From positions 14,172 to 78,171 of the forward strand of contig JAFGOY010000012.1 of assembly GCA_016926255.1 (NCBI GenBank): a stretch of DNA of 64,000 nucleotides, in the 5' to 3' direction. The notes under the pieces are model-generated. The model searched no databases and was not told the DNA's origin. It saw only the letters and a list, made by a program, of their open reading frames with translations. Numbering within the stretch: position 1 is the stretch's first letter; every line of letters starts with the position of its first letter. Origin of the DNA: Anaerolineae bacterium. GTDB taxonomy: Bacteria; Chloroflexota; Anaerolineae; Aggregatilineales; UBA3940. Position numbers and translations under genes: made by a program. Shown here one piece after another: positions 1-8,751 of this stretch.

Positions 1-232
1 GCCCTCTCTTACAGCCCGTAGGGCTGCTAACCCTGGCTGCTGAATCCTGAATTTCTGTTTTCTGATCTGAGCGCGAGCGAAGCGAGCGCGAATCGCAAAA
101 AATTAAAATGAGAACCTGCAAGAATCTCTATCCGCAGATCACGGACTGGCATAATGTAATGCAAGCATGGTGCAAAACCCGTAAAGGGTAAAAACGACAC
201 CCTCTGTCCGACCTTCGGTTTGTGCCATCGTT

Positions 233-286
233 TATCAGCCTTCGGCTGATAACTGGGAGTTTTGCCTCTGGCAAAACATCCATCTT
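233..286. repeat. Dispersed intergenic repeat family A, copy 1: hairpin ATCAGC-CTTCG-GCTGAT, then a GGGAGT spacer, then a second hairpin GTTTTGCC-TCT-GGCAAAAC, then ATCCATCT
   Basis: The same ~50-nt architecture is read directly at 10438-10466 and 29888-29940. This copy lies in a 630-nt stretch with no convincing CDS. Confidence 0.7.
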
Positions 287-631
287 CCCCAAACCTGGGG
301 GCGATCAAGAAACGCCCGGTTTTGGGCGTGAAGAATCACCCCCTCTGGCTCCTGCGGAGCCATCTCCCCACAGGGGGCGATCCGCATCGGTACGGTACTA
401 TCAGCCGGGGAAGGGGCGCATTTGATTCTTATCCCGTGTCGATCTTACCCTTTCCCAACACTACCAAAAATCTGCATCTGGGCTTCAACCGTGCAGCATA
501 CGGCAACTTCGTGCCCCGGCGGCATCCAATCGCGATTCATTGCCCGCTGAACATTCAATTCGGCGTCGCAAATTCCGCCGGATAGAACACGCACCAGCGC
601 CTTGCCCCAACGCGGCGAAGGTGATACTCAG

Positions 632-1930
632 TCATCGACAAAAAGAGTCCAGGTCCAGGAACCCGGATGCGCGCCAGCCTTTCAACTGCTGCGCTGCGTT
701 TTGGATCAGGCCAAGCACGATGTCTTGCTCGCGTTGTAGGGGCGATGCTGTGCTCCATAATGGTTTCAACAGGGCATCCGGAATCGTTTCGTTTTCCAGG
801 ATTGAGGGATCAAGAACCGCCAGTGCCGCGGCGGCACCCAGGGCGTAACGACGCGGCGTTATTCCATTATCAAGCGCCAACCGCATCACGCCGATCAGCC
901 GATCATTCCACGCCAGCTTGCGCTCTGTGTCGCGCGTTACTCGTTCGATAGTATCCATCAGGAAAGGATTCAACATCCGCTCGATCAGATCATCGGCGTA
1001 TTCGCTATAGCCTTGCGGCGTGAACAATCTATCCATGCCGTGATGTCGGCGAATCAACGCCTCCCCCGACTCATGCACAAAAGCCGCACGCAGAAAGGGT
1101 ACGACGCCTGGAATTTCTCGCAGGTCATGCACCCGCTGAACGCCTCGCATGGCACCAATGTACCCGGCCAGAGCATGTGTTGCGTTGTGACCATAGAGCT
1201 TGGCTTCTTCGAAAGGAAGGAGATTGTCTTTTTCCTCAAAAACCCTGATGCCGCGCTCAAAAGCCTCGTCGAACCGGGCCTTGCTAATCAGGATTCGGTC
1301 AAACGATTCGACCAGAAAAGCGCGCCCGTAATCGGGTGTTATCGTCGCCAGTCCTCGCCGGATTATCTCATCCGGATCGGCAACGACCTGGCTCATCTTG
1401 CCGATCACGGTATTGAGATATCGAACCTGGGAGTGAATTGTCTCGCGTTGAGCGGGGGAAACCTCACCCACCACGCGTTGTTCCAGTATCTCGGCGGCGT
1501 GATTGTGATTCTCGGCAGCATAAATGACGGCGCGCGGTCCACGCCGGGCCGCTTTTTGAGCCAGGCCGGATGCCAATAAACGGTGAAGGCTTCCCGGCTT
1601 CCTGGAAACATAATAGTCGACACTGGGAACCGCCGTTCCTATCTCGTCGGCCTGCGCGATCGCTTCGATAAGCTGCCGTCGGTCCGCTTCGGATGCCGGG
1701 TTCAGGATTTCGATAGGCCCTACCTGGACGCATTCGATGTGATCCCGGTAAGCAATGTTGACCCGATAATTGCCTTCCGCGCGGCGTACGGCAGACACAA
1801 CCTCCGGCACAACCTCGGCTACGACCAACCGGCCAAAAGCGCCGGAGCGAAAGGCTTCGTAAAGAAAGAGACCGCTCTGGATGGCACCAAAACCGAATCC
1901 TGCGTATGTGCGGGTTCCTGTCAGTGTCAC
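632..1930 (-). CDS. Mannitol dehydrogenase family oxidoreductase (MtlD-like polyol or polyol-phosphate dehydrogenase), GTG start
   Basis: 432-aa ORF. N-terminal Rossmann motif GFGFGAIQSG. The overall pattern (TAVPS...KMSQVV...LYGHNATHALAGYIG) resembles the mannitol-1-phosphate/mannitol dehydrogenase family. The antisense ORFs are GC shadows. Confidence 0.7.
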   Translation of the reverse strand: MTLTGTRTYAGFGFGAIQSGLFLYEAFRSGAFGRLVVAEVVPEVVSAVRRAEGNYRVNIAYRDHIECVQVGPIEILNPASEADRRQLIEAIAQADEIGTAVPSVDYYVSRKPGSLHRLLASGLAQKAARRGPRAVIYAAENHNHAAEILEQRVVGEVSPAQRETIHSQVRYLNTVIGKMSQVVADPDEIIRRGLATITPDYGRAFLVESFDRILISKARFDEAFERGIRVFEEKDNLLPFEEAKLYGHNATHALAGYIGAMRGVQRVHDLREIPGVVPFLRAAFVHESGEALIRRHHGMDRLFTPQGYSEYADDLIERMLNPFLMDTIERVTRDTERKLAWNDRLIGVMRLALDNGITPRRYALGAAAALAVLDPSILENETIPDALLKPLWSTASPLQREQDIVLGLIQNAAQQLKGWRASGFLDLDSFCR

Positions 1931-1970
1931 TGCTTAACTCGTTTTCTCCAAGGTTTATCGCAACTGCCTG

Positions 1971-2201
1971 TTAATCAACCGGCGTGCACGCGGCGACGGT
2001 CTGAATCAGCGGCACGAGGTTCTCCAGTGTAACAAAGGGGAAATGGACTTCGGCAATATTCAGAATAACCGGTGAGTTCTGCTGCTGCGCGGTCTCAATA
2101 ATGGCCTCTAAAAAGGTCAGGTCGACGACATTGAATGCCCCAACCGCATAATGATCGCGGTAGGCTTTATCCGGGATTGTTTTCAGGTTAACCAGTCCCA
2201 T
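1971..2201 (-). pseudogene. N-terminal fragment (76 aa) of a class II ketose-bisphosphate aldolase (fructose/tagatose-bisphosphate aldolase family)
   Basis: The sequence MGLVNLKTIPDKAYRDHYAVGAFNVVDLTFLEAIIETAQQQNSPVILNIAE matches the first quarter or so of class II aldolases. The ORF stops before the HLDHG metal-binding region. A good RBS (GAGGAAAAACA-ATG) is retained, and the next gene starts 41 nt downstream. Confidence 0.55.
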
Positions 2202-2414
2202 TGTTTTTCCTCAATCTCCCGGGCTAATATCCAGGGTGTGGGCAAAGTGCTATCAGCCGGGTGATAGTCGAACTCCACCACCTATGCTTCATTTCATAAC
2301 GAATTGGCGGTACAATTGTTTATCAGTACGAATGCCTCGCACCGCCTGCCCTCTTGCCAGGAATCCACACACAACGTTTACCATGGATAGATGTGATTAT
2401 ATCTGGAGAAATGC

Positions 2415-3647
2415 ATGAAGGAACTACCGGGGGCGGAATTCAGGGCGCATATCAAAACATGGTTCAAACACATCCGGGTGCTGGTCGATCACATCGGGCC
2501 GCGCGGCTCGACGACTGACGCCGAGCGGCGTGCATCAGAATACTGCGCCGAGACTCTGCAAAGCCTTGACTACGAGGTCACCGTCGAACCGTTCAGGAGC
2601 GCGACCTCGTTATATCTGGTTCACGTCATTGCCGGGTTGATGCTGCTGTCGGCATTCATCATCTACCCGCTGGCGGGACGGATCGGCGCGGCGGCGGCGT
2701 TTTTGCTGGCCTTCATCGCGATGTATTCGGAAACGATGGAGATGCTGTTCCGCAACAACCCGATCCGGTCGATGCTGCCGCGTGGAAACAGCCAGAACGT
2801 AATCGCCCGGCTCGATCCCTCCGACGAGCATCTTCAGGATTTGATCCTGGTGGGGCATGTCGATACAAACCGCTCGCCGCTGATGTTTCGCTCCACAAAG
2901 TGGCTCGACTTCTTCCGAACGGTCACCACGATCACGTATTCGGTGTTTGCGGCACAGGTGCCGATCTACCTCGCGGGCTGGATCACCCAGGGAAGTTCGA
3001 TCCGGTACCTATCGATTCCAAGCCTGCTTTGCGCCATCGTGATGGTGTTCATCATGCTGGAAGCCGAGATGTCGCCTTTCAGCCCCGGCGCAAACGACAA
3101 CGCGACCTCCGTCGGGCTGGTGCTGACGCTGGCCGAGATGCTCAAAAACCGGCCATTGAAAAACACGCGAGTCTGGTTCGTGAATACCGGCTGCGAAGAA
3201 GTGAAGCATTATGGGGCGATTGATTTCTTCAAGCGGTACAAATCGAAGTTCAAGAACCCCAAGGCGCTGGTCTTCGAGATATTCGGGATCGACGGCCCGG
3301 CGTGGCTGGCCGAAGAGGGAATGATCGGGTATTTCAACTACAAGGCGTCGCCGGAACTGGTTTCGATCTGTGAGGACATCGCCGCAGCCAGCCCGGAACT
3401 GGAGGCACACCCCACGACGGTCAACGGCGGCCACTCGGAAATGGCTGACGCGCTGCGGTTGGGCATCCCGGCGATCACATTCATCGGGTTGAACCGGCAC
3501 GGGGCGCGGAAGGGCTACAGCGGCCCGGAGCTTTTCTGGCACCGGATCGACGACACGGTCGATAAGCTGCGTCCGCGCGCGATGCTGCGGAATTTTACCT
3601 TCACCTGGCAGTTCATCACCCGGCTGGATAGGGATCGGCAGGGTTAG
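2415..3647 (+). CDS. M28 family metallopeptidase with internal transmembrane segments
   Basis: 410 aa. M28-type metal-ligand motifs are present: LILVGHVDTN, GANDNATSVG, NTGCEEVKHYG. There are hydrophobic helices between residues ~70-110 and ~170-220. GGAGA RBS lies 7 nt upstream. Confidence 0.75.
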   Translation: MKELPGAEFRAHIKTWFKHIRVLVDHIGPRGSTTDAERRASEYCAETLQSLDYEVTVEPFRSATSLYLVHVIAGLMLLSAFIIYPLAGRIGAAAAFLLAFIAMYSETMEMLFRNNPIRSMLPRGNSQNVIARLDPSDEHLQDLILVGHVDTNRSPLMFRSTKWLDFFRTVTTITYSVFAAQVPIYLAGWITQGSSIRYLSIPSLLCAIVMVFIMLEAEMSPFSPGANDNATSVGLVLTLAEMLKNRPLKNTRVWFVNTGCEEVKHYGAIDFFKRYKSKFKNPKALVFEIFGIDGPAWLAEEGMIGYFNYKASPELVSICEDIAAASPELEAHPTTVNGGHSEMADALRLGIPAITFIGLNRHGARKGYSGPELFWHRIDDTVDKLRPRAMLRNFTFTWQFITRLDRDRQG

Positions 3648-3716
3648 TCTATCAGTCGAGGGACAGCGGCACGCCAGACAGTAAGTTGAATATCCAGATT
3701 ATGTTCTCAACAAAAA

Positions 3717-3747
3717 GCGGGGCAGTGATTTCAAATCGCTGCCCCGC
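3717..3747 (-). terminator. Rho-independent terminator of lipoprotein paralog A (GCGGGGCAG-loop-CTGCCCCGC, U-run on the minus strand)
   Basis: A 9-bp GC stem is read from the sequence. CAAAAA on the plus strand gives a U-run for the leftward transcript. It lies 26 nt past the stop at 3773. Confidence 0.65.
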
Positions 3748-3772
3748 CTGTGTCTGAATGGAATCAGTCGAC

Positions 3773-5260
3773 TTAGTCGGTGCCGATCAGCTTGACGGCA
3801 TCGATCTCATCCCAGCCAGAGTGCGCTCTCTGATCGAGGTAGAGGACAACGGAATCGACCTTTTCATCTATGCCGGAAAACTCGATAGTCCAGGTCACAG
3901 GGCAGAAACTATCGATCTGCGGTTCACCTGAGTAGACTATGTACTCTTCTCCCGATACACCGATCACGATGACCTCGGTAATCGCGCCGGGGTTGTAGGT
4001 CTCATAGATAACGACTGCGGTGGGATAAACCGGGGTCTCATAGTGCAGCTCCAGCCAATCCATGCCGGTGGCTGATGAGGTAGCCCAGGCGGTGTAGTAG
4101 TCGCCGCAATCAAAAGTATCGGCTGGGCCGGTGGCCTGATATGCCGCCCAGTCCGAGTCGGTGTACTGGCTGCTGGCGACTGCGGTATCAGCCCACTGTT
4201 CGATAGTCTTCCCTGAGCCGGAGCCTGGTGGGGCAGACTCTACAGTGGGCAGTTCGCCCTCAAAGACGACGAATCCGTAAGTGCCCGTGCTCCAGGTATC
4301 AACCCGGGCTGTATACAGGCCGTCGACGGGCAGGGTGATGGAAATCCAGGGGTCAACGCCCATCGTGTCATCTTCTTCGGCCAGCAGATCGCCATCGGGA
4401 TCGAGCAACCTGATCCGCGTATCAACTTCACCATCTAAACCAGCAGCAACAATCTGCACTTCCTGATCAGCGGAGCCTTCGAAAACCCAGTTGTGAGCAT
4501 CAAAGACGCTTTCAAAAGTTGATGAATAGGGGACATTCATATCGATAAGCTGTACCAGCGTGGTGTCATAGCCATCGTCCAGATCGAACAAGGGGAGCGA
4601 TGGGTCGACTTCTTCGGCCATTTCGATAGGCTCGACGTCTTCCATCCCGCCTTCACCACCTTCATGTACAGCGCCACCGGTAGGCTCGGTGACGGTGATC
4701 GTGTAATCTCCCGAAAGGAAGGTGTCAACGCGGATGGTATACAAACCATCTTCAGGCAGTGTGTAAGTGATAATGGGGTCAGTGCCATCGGTGTTGTCTT
4801 CCTCAATCAGCAGATAGCCTAAGGGATCAATGAGCCTGGAGCGGGCATCGATGAGATTGTTCCCCTCTACAGCGATCCGTAAAACCTGCCCGGCAGTTCC
4901 CTCGAAAAGCCAGTTGTGAGCATCAAACACGCTTTCAAAGGTTGCGGTAACAGGCGTATCAAGGTAGATACGCTCAACTATGGTTGTGTCATAACCATCA
5001 TCCAGATCGTAAACCGGAAGGTCTTCGTCAATTCCATGCGAGGGTTCTTCTTCCGCGATCTCTTCTTCTATTACTGGCTCTTCTGTAGGACTCTCCTCGA
5101 CTGCTTCTACCGTTTCTTCAACTTCTTCGACTGCTTCATCGACTGCTTCCTCTACCTGCTCGGCGGCACCTGACAATGGCCCACAGGCAAACGCGGCCAC
5201 GACAAGCGCGATGAACACCAGTTTCAATAGAGTTGATCTGTTCGCCAACACGTTCTTCAT
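3773..5260 (-). CDS. Secreted lipoprotein, paralog A: lipobox signal, Glu/Val-rich acidic linker, two PPC-like (pre-peptidase C-terminal type) domains and an unrecognised ~150-aa C-terminal domain
   Basis: I moved the start to ATG 5260 (MKNVLANRSTLLKLVFIALVVAAFACG, lipobox AFAC; GGAGA RBS). The motif DAHNW(L/V)FEG...RL(I/L)DP.G.LL.EED...LP.DGLYT.RVDT occurs twice. The protein is about two-thirds identical to the adjacent ORF by eye. Confidence 0.8.
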   Translation of the reverse strand: MKNVLANRSTLLKLVFIALVVAAFACGPLSGAAEQVEEAVDEAVEEVEETVEAVEESPTEEPVIEEEIAEEEPSHGIDEDLPVYDLDDGYDTTIVERIYLDTPVTATFESVFDAHNWLFEGTAGQVLRIAVEGNNLIDARSRLIDPLGYLLIEEDNTDGTDPIITYTLPEDGLYTIRVDTFLSGDYTITVTEPTGGAVHEGGEGGMEDVEPIEMAEEVDPSLPLFDLDDGYDTTLVQLIDMNVPYSSTFESVFDAHNWVFEGSADQEVQIVAAGLDGEVDTRIRLLDPDGDLLAEEDDTMGVDPWISITLPVDGLYTARVDTWSTGTYGFVVFEGELPTVESAPPGSGSGKTIEQWADTAVASSQYTDSDWAAYQATGPADTFDCGDYYTAWATSSATGMDWLELHYETPVYPTAVVIYETYNPGAITEVIVIGVSGEEYIVYSGEPQIDSFCPVTWTIEFSGIDEKVDSVVLYLDQRAHSGWDEIDAVKLIGTD

Positions 5261-5488
5261 TATCAGTCTCTCCTTCTCCCTACCTGAGACAATAAAAAAA
5301 TATACCCACAGTGTCATTATTTTATTCAAGACGATGATCTGGCGATAGCGGGTTACTGCGATAACAAAGAAAAAAGCCTGGTTTATTGATTTTCAGCCAG
5401 AATATCTCCCAGAAACTGGGGGGCAACCTTCGAATTGTGTTGAGAGTCGAGTCAGTCGAGGGGGGAACTGCATTCCACACACAAAAAA

Positions 5489-5516
5489 TGGGGCAGCGAT
5501 CTGTGTCGCTGCCCCA
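5489..5516 (-). terminator. Rho-independent terminator of lipoprotein paralog B (TGGGGCAGCGA-loop-TCGCTGCCCCA)
   Basis: An 11-bp stem is preceded on the plus strand by ACAAAAAA, which gives a U-run on the minus strand. The stem sequence is homologous to the terminator at 3717-3747. Confidence 0.65.
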
Positions 5517-5544
5517 CCAGTGTGCCGGTTTAAAGCGGCAGATA

Positions 5545-6969
5545 CTACTCGGTTCCGATCAACATAACGGCGTCGATTTCATTCCAGCCGGAGTGATCGC
5601 TCTGATCGAAGTAGAGGATGACAGTGTCGACTTTTTCATCGATTCCGGCGATCTCGAAGCTCCGTGTCATCGGGCAGTAAGCCTTGATTTCAGGGCTGGT
5701 CATGTATGCCGTGTACTGAGAACCTGATACGCCGATCACATCGATCTGATAAAGCGCACCGGGGTTGTAGGTTTCGTAAATGACAACTGTGGTAGGAACA
5801 ACCGGGGTGGCATATTCGAGTTGGAGCCACTCTACACCGGTGGCTGATGCGGAGGCCCAGGCGGTGTCGTAATCGCCGCATTCAGGGGTATCGGTTTCGC
5901 CAGTTGCCTGGGATGCGGACCAGTCCGTGTCGGTGTACTGGCTGCTGGCCGTTGCCCTTACGGCCCATTGCTCGATGGTGGCTCCTGAAGACGAACCGGA
6001 AACTGCTGCGCCTTCGCCTTCCATGACGATCATCCCGTAAGCACCTGTGGACCAGGTGTCTATCCGGACCGTGTACAGGCCGTCGTCAGGGAGGGTGATT
6101 GTAATCCAGGGATCGACACCCATGGTATCATCTTCCTCGGTCAGCAGGTTGCCATCCGGATCGATCAGCCTGGCGCGGGTATCGACTTCCTCATCGATAC
6201 CGGTAGCATAAACCTGGATGTCCTGCCCGGCGGAGCCTTCGAAAAGCCAGTTGTGAGCGTCGAATACGCTGTTAAAGGTCGACGAATAGGGGATGTTGAT
6301 GTCGATGAGCTGAAGCAGCGTAGTGTCATAGCCATCGTCCATATCGAACAGCGGGAGGGACGAATCGACTTCCTCGGCCATTTCGATTGGCTCGATGTCT
6401 TCCGGCGCTTCTTCTTCTGACATTGCTATCTCACCCTCGGTGACGATCAGCGAGTATGTCCCGGTAGACCAGGTATCGACCCGGACTGTATACAAGCCGT
6501 TGGTGGGCAGGGTGATAGAAACCAGGGGGTCGTTGCCTACAGTGTCATCTTCCTCGGCCAGCAGATTTCCGTCAGGGTCGATCAGCCTGATCCGCGTATC
6601 AACTTCACCGCTTCCTGTGGCAGCGATTTGTACAGTCTGACCGGCGGTGCCTTCGAAAAGCCAGTTGTGGGCGTCGAATACGCTATCAAAGGTACCTGAG
6701 ACCTGGCTGTCCATATCAATGAGTTCGACCAGGACAGTCTCGTAACCATCGTCCAGGTCGTATACCGGAAGCTCCTCTTCCACTTTGACGGGAGGTGCCT
6801 CGGTGGGGGCCTCCTCGACCTCCTCCTCTTCTTCAACTACCGGTTCTTCTCCTACTTGCTGGACTTCTTCGGTCACGTTTGTGACAGTGCCACATGCCAG
6901 GGCGCCCAGCAGCAGGGCGATAAGTACCAGTTTCAATATAGTTGATCTTTCTGTCAGCCTATTCCTCAT
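5545..6969 (-). CDS. Secreted lipoprotein, paralog B (same architecture as 3773-5260)
   Basis: I moved the start to ATG 6969 (MRNRLTERSTILKLVLIALLLGALACG; AAGGAGA RBS). It has two PPC-like repeats and the same C-terminal domain (IEQWA..ASSQYTD.DW.A.QATG...CGDY.TAWA...IYETYNPGA...SGW.EIDAV.LIGT). Confidence 0.8.
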   Translation of the reverse strand: MRNRLTERSTILKLVLIALLLGALACGTVTNVTEEVQQVGEEPVVEEEEEVEEAPTEAPPVKVEEELPVYDLDDGYETVLVELIDMDSQVSGTFDSVFDAHNWLFEGTAGQTVQIAATGSGEVDTRIRLIDPDGNLLAEEDDTVGNDPLVSITLPTNGLYTVRVDTWSTGTYSLIVTEGEIAMSEEEAPEDIEPIEMAEEVDSSLPLFDMDDGYDTTLLQLIDINIPYSSTFNSVFDAHNWLFEGSAGQDIQVYATGIDEEVDTRARLIDPDGNLLTEEDDTMGVDPWITITLPDDGLYTVRIDTWSTGAYGMIVMEGEGAAVSGSSSGATIEQWAVRATASSQYTDTDWSASQATGETDTPECGDYDTAWASASATGVEWLQLEYATPVVPTTVVIYETYNPGALYQIDVIGVSGSQYTAYMTSPEIKAYCPMTRSFEIAGIDEKVDTVILYFDQSDHSGWNEIDAVMLIGTE

Positions 6970-7244
6970 TGCCTTTTCTCCTTCATTCTGTTGAAAAATT
7001 ACCTGTAATGCTGTTATTCTATCGCACATCGGTGTTCGCGCGATAGGGGGGCACCGCGATAACAAAAGGGAGGGTCTGGTTTATTGGTTATGGCCAGAAT
7101 ATCCCCCAGTAAATGGGGGGATAGGTGTTTCCTCGCCCTTAGACGAACTTGAACCCGAAACGGCACAAGCCGCCGAAACCCGGGGATAAGAGAATTTGCT
7201 TTTAACATTCCTTGTGCATTCTTTACGGTTTGATTTCCATCGCT

Positions 7245-8612
7245 TCAGACCACGGCGCGGCGGACGTGCCATTCGGTGTGGAGCTGGTGGGCATGGGCGA
7301 CACGCAGCAGCGTCGATGTGTCGCGCCCGACAAGCTGAACGCCAATCGGAAGGCCATCGTCGCTGAAACCGCAGGGCATCGAGAGGGCAGGGAGGCGGCT
7401 CAGGCTGAACGGGTAGGTGAAGCGGAGCAGTTCTGCCGCCGCCGAGACTCCTTCGCTGCCTTCTATTGCGTGGGAGATCACACCGGTGGCCGGGGTAACC
7501 AACACGTCGATCTCGTCGCGGAAGAGGGTGTGGAGCCTGCGAATCCAGGATCGCTCAAACTGGCGGGCGAGGGCATAGTCGGCGGCGCTGCGGGCGGCAC
7601 CCCCTTCGAGACGGGCGCGGACATCGGCACCGAAGCGCTCCGGGGCATTCGCCAGCCGGTCGCGGTGATAGGCGGCAGCATCGCCCATGCTGATCGTCGA
7701 CGCGGCCTGGTACGCCTGCCGGATATCGGGGAGGCTGATGTCAACCTGCGTCATCCGGGCATCGACGGTCAGTACGTCAATCGCGGAGCGCACCGCGCCG
7801 ACCAATTCCAGCGAGAGATCGGCCCAGATCGAATCGTCTTTCGGGACGCCGATACGCAATCCTGCGACCGGCTCGTCGATGGTCTGCGCGTGGGGGATGG
7901 CGGCTTCGATGGTCATTGCGTCGAGCATGAGAGCCACACCTTTGGCAGAATGAGCGAATGGGCCGACGGTATCGAGCGACCAACTCATCGGGATGACGCC
8001 CTGTGTGCTGACCTGCCCCAGCGCGGGACGGAGTCCGGTCAGGCCGCAGAAGGCGGCAGGCAGGCGAACCGATCCGCCGGTGTCGGTGCCGAGCGCACCG
8101 GGGCACATCGCTGCCGCGACCGCCGCTGCCGATCCGCCGCTCGATCCGCCGGGACTGAGGTCGAGATTCCAGGGATTGCGGGCCGGGCCGTAATGGGGGT
8201 TGACGTTCGTCGCGCCGACCGCAAACTCGTGAAGGTTGGTCTTGCCAATGATGATCGCCCCGGCTGCACGAAGCTGCTGGATCACAATTGCATCTTTCCG
8301 GGGGATGTTATCGGAGAAAAACTGGCTCCCTGCGGTGTTTGGGACACCGGCCACATCGATCAGGTCTTTGACGCCAATCGGGATGCCATGGAGCGGCCCC
8401 CAGTCTTCGCCGCGCCCGACTGCCGCCGTTGCCTGCTGCGCTTCCTCACGGGCGGTATCGGCCAGGACGGTGATAAAGGCGTTGATCTTCGGGTTCAGCT
8501 TCTCGATGCGCTCCAGGCTGACCTCGACGACTTCGAGCGGCGTTACTTCCCTTTTGTGGATCAGAGTCGAGATGTCTGCCAGCGATAATTTATCGATCCA
8601 GTCGGTGGTCAT
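7245..8612 (-). CDS. Amidase (amidase-signature family, GatA-like)
   Basis: The amidase signature GGSSGGSAAAVAA and the KDLIDVAG motif are present. I chose the start at ATG 8612 (MTTDWIDKLSLADI..) because of the GGGAGGAG RBS. The 458-aa plus-strand ORF 7212-8588 is an antisense shadow. Confidence 0.85.
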   Translation of the reverse strand: MTTDWIDKLSLADISTLIHKREVTPLEVVEVSLERIEKLNPKINAFITVLADTAREEAQQATAAVGRGEDWGPLHGIPIGVKDLIDVAGVPNTAGSQFFSDNIPRKDAIVIQQLRAAGAIIIGKTNLHEFAVGATNVNPHYGPARNPWNLDLSPGGSSGGSAAAVAAAMCPGALGTDTGGSVRLPAAFCGLTGLRPALGQVSTQGVIPMSWSLDTVGPFAHSAKGVALMLDAMTIEAAIPHAQTIDEPVAGLRIGVPKDDSIWADLSLELVGAVRSAIDVLTVDARMTQVDISLPDIRQAYQAASTISMGDAAAYHRDRLANAPERFGADVRARLEGGAARSAADYALARQFERSWIRRLHTLFRDEIDVLVTPATGVISHAIEGSEGVSAAAELLRFTYPFSLSRLPALSMPCGFSDDGLPIGVQLVGRDTSTLLRVAHAHQLHTEWHVRRAVV

Positions 8613-8751
8613 GGCTCCTCCCGTCGATGTGGTGTACCGGGTCTTTCGTGGTGCGATCTTAATTATACGTGGATTCGGCGGGGAGGATGAATTGTGATAC
8701 TGCTGGATAGTCAGGAAAACATGCAAAAAGCGCGTAGTGACAGGGAGAAGT

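Noticed and set aside
262-585. 107-aa ORF (TTG start) beginning inside repeat family A, plus ORF 27-308 on the minus strand
   Set aside because: Both start within or run across dispersed repeats. The similarity between the peptides predicted after copies 1 and 3 of the repeat is explained by nucleotide identity. Neither has an RBS-start geometry or a motif.
447-590. Minus-strand reading frame ending ..GGICDAELNVQRAMNRDWMPPGHEVAVCCTVEAQMQIFGSVGKG-stop just downstream of the dehydrogenase gene
   Set aside because: It is open for fewer than 50 codons, with only an internal ATG and a weak GTG. I recognise no homology. It may be a gene remnant, but I cannot support it.
3773-6969. Diversity-generating retroelement (template/variable repeat) explanation for the two similar lipoprotein genes
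   Set aside because: Differences between the paralogs are spread along the whole length and are not adenine-specific. No reverse transcriptase gene or short template repeat occurs in the window.
7212-8588. 458-aa plus-strand ORF covering almost the whole amidase locus
   Set aside because: It is antisense to a gene with an unmistakable amidase signature (GGSSGGSAAAVAA). Its translation is Arg/Gly/Ala-rich with no motifs, as expected for a GC-rich shadow frame.
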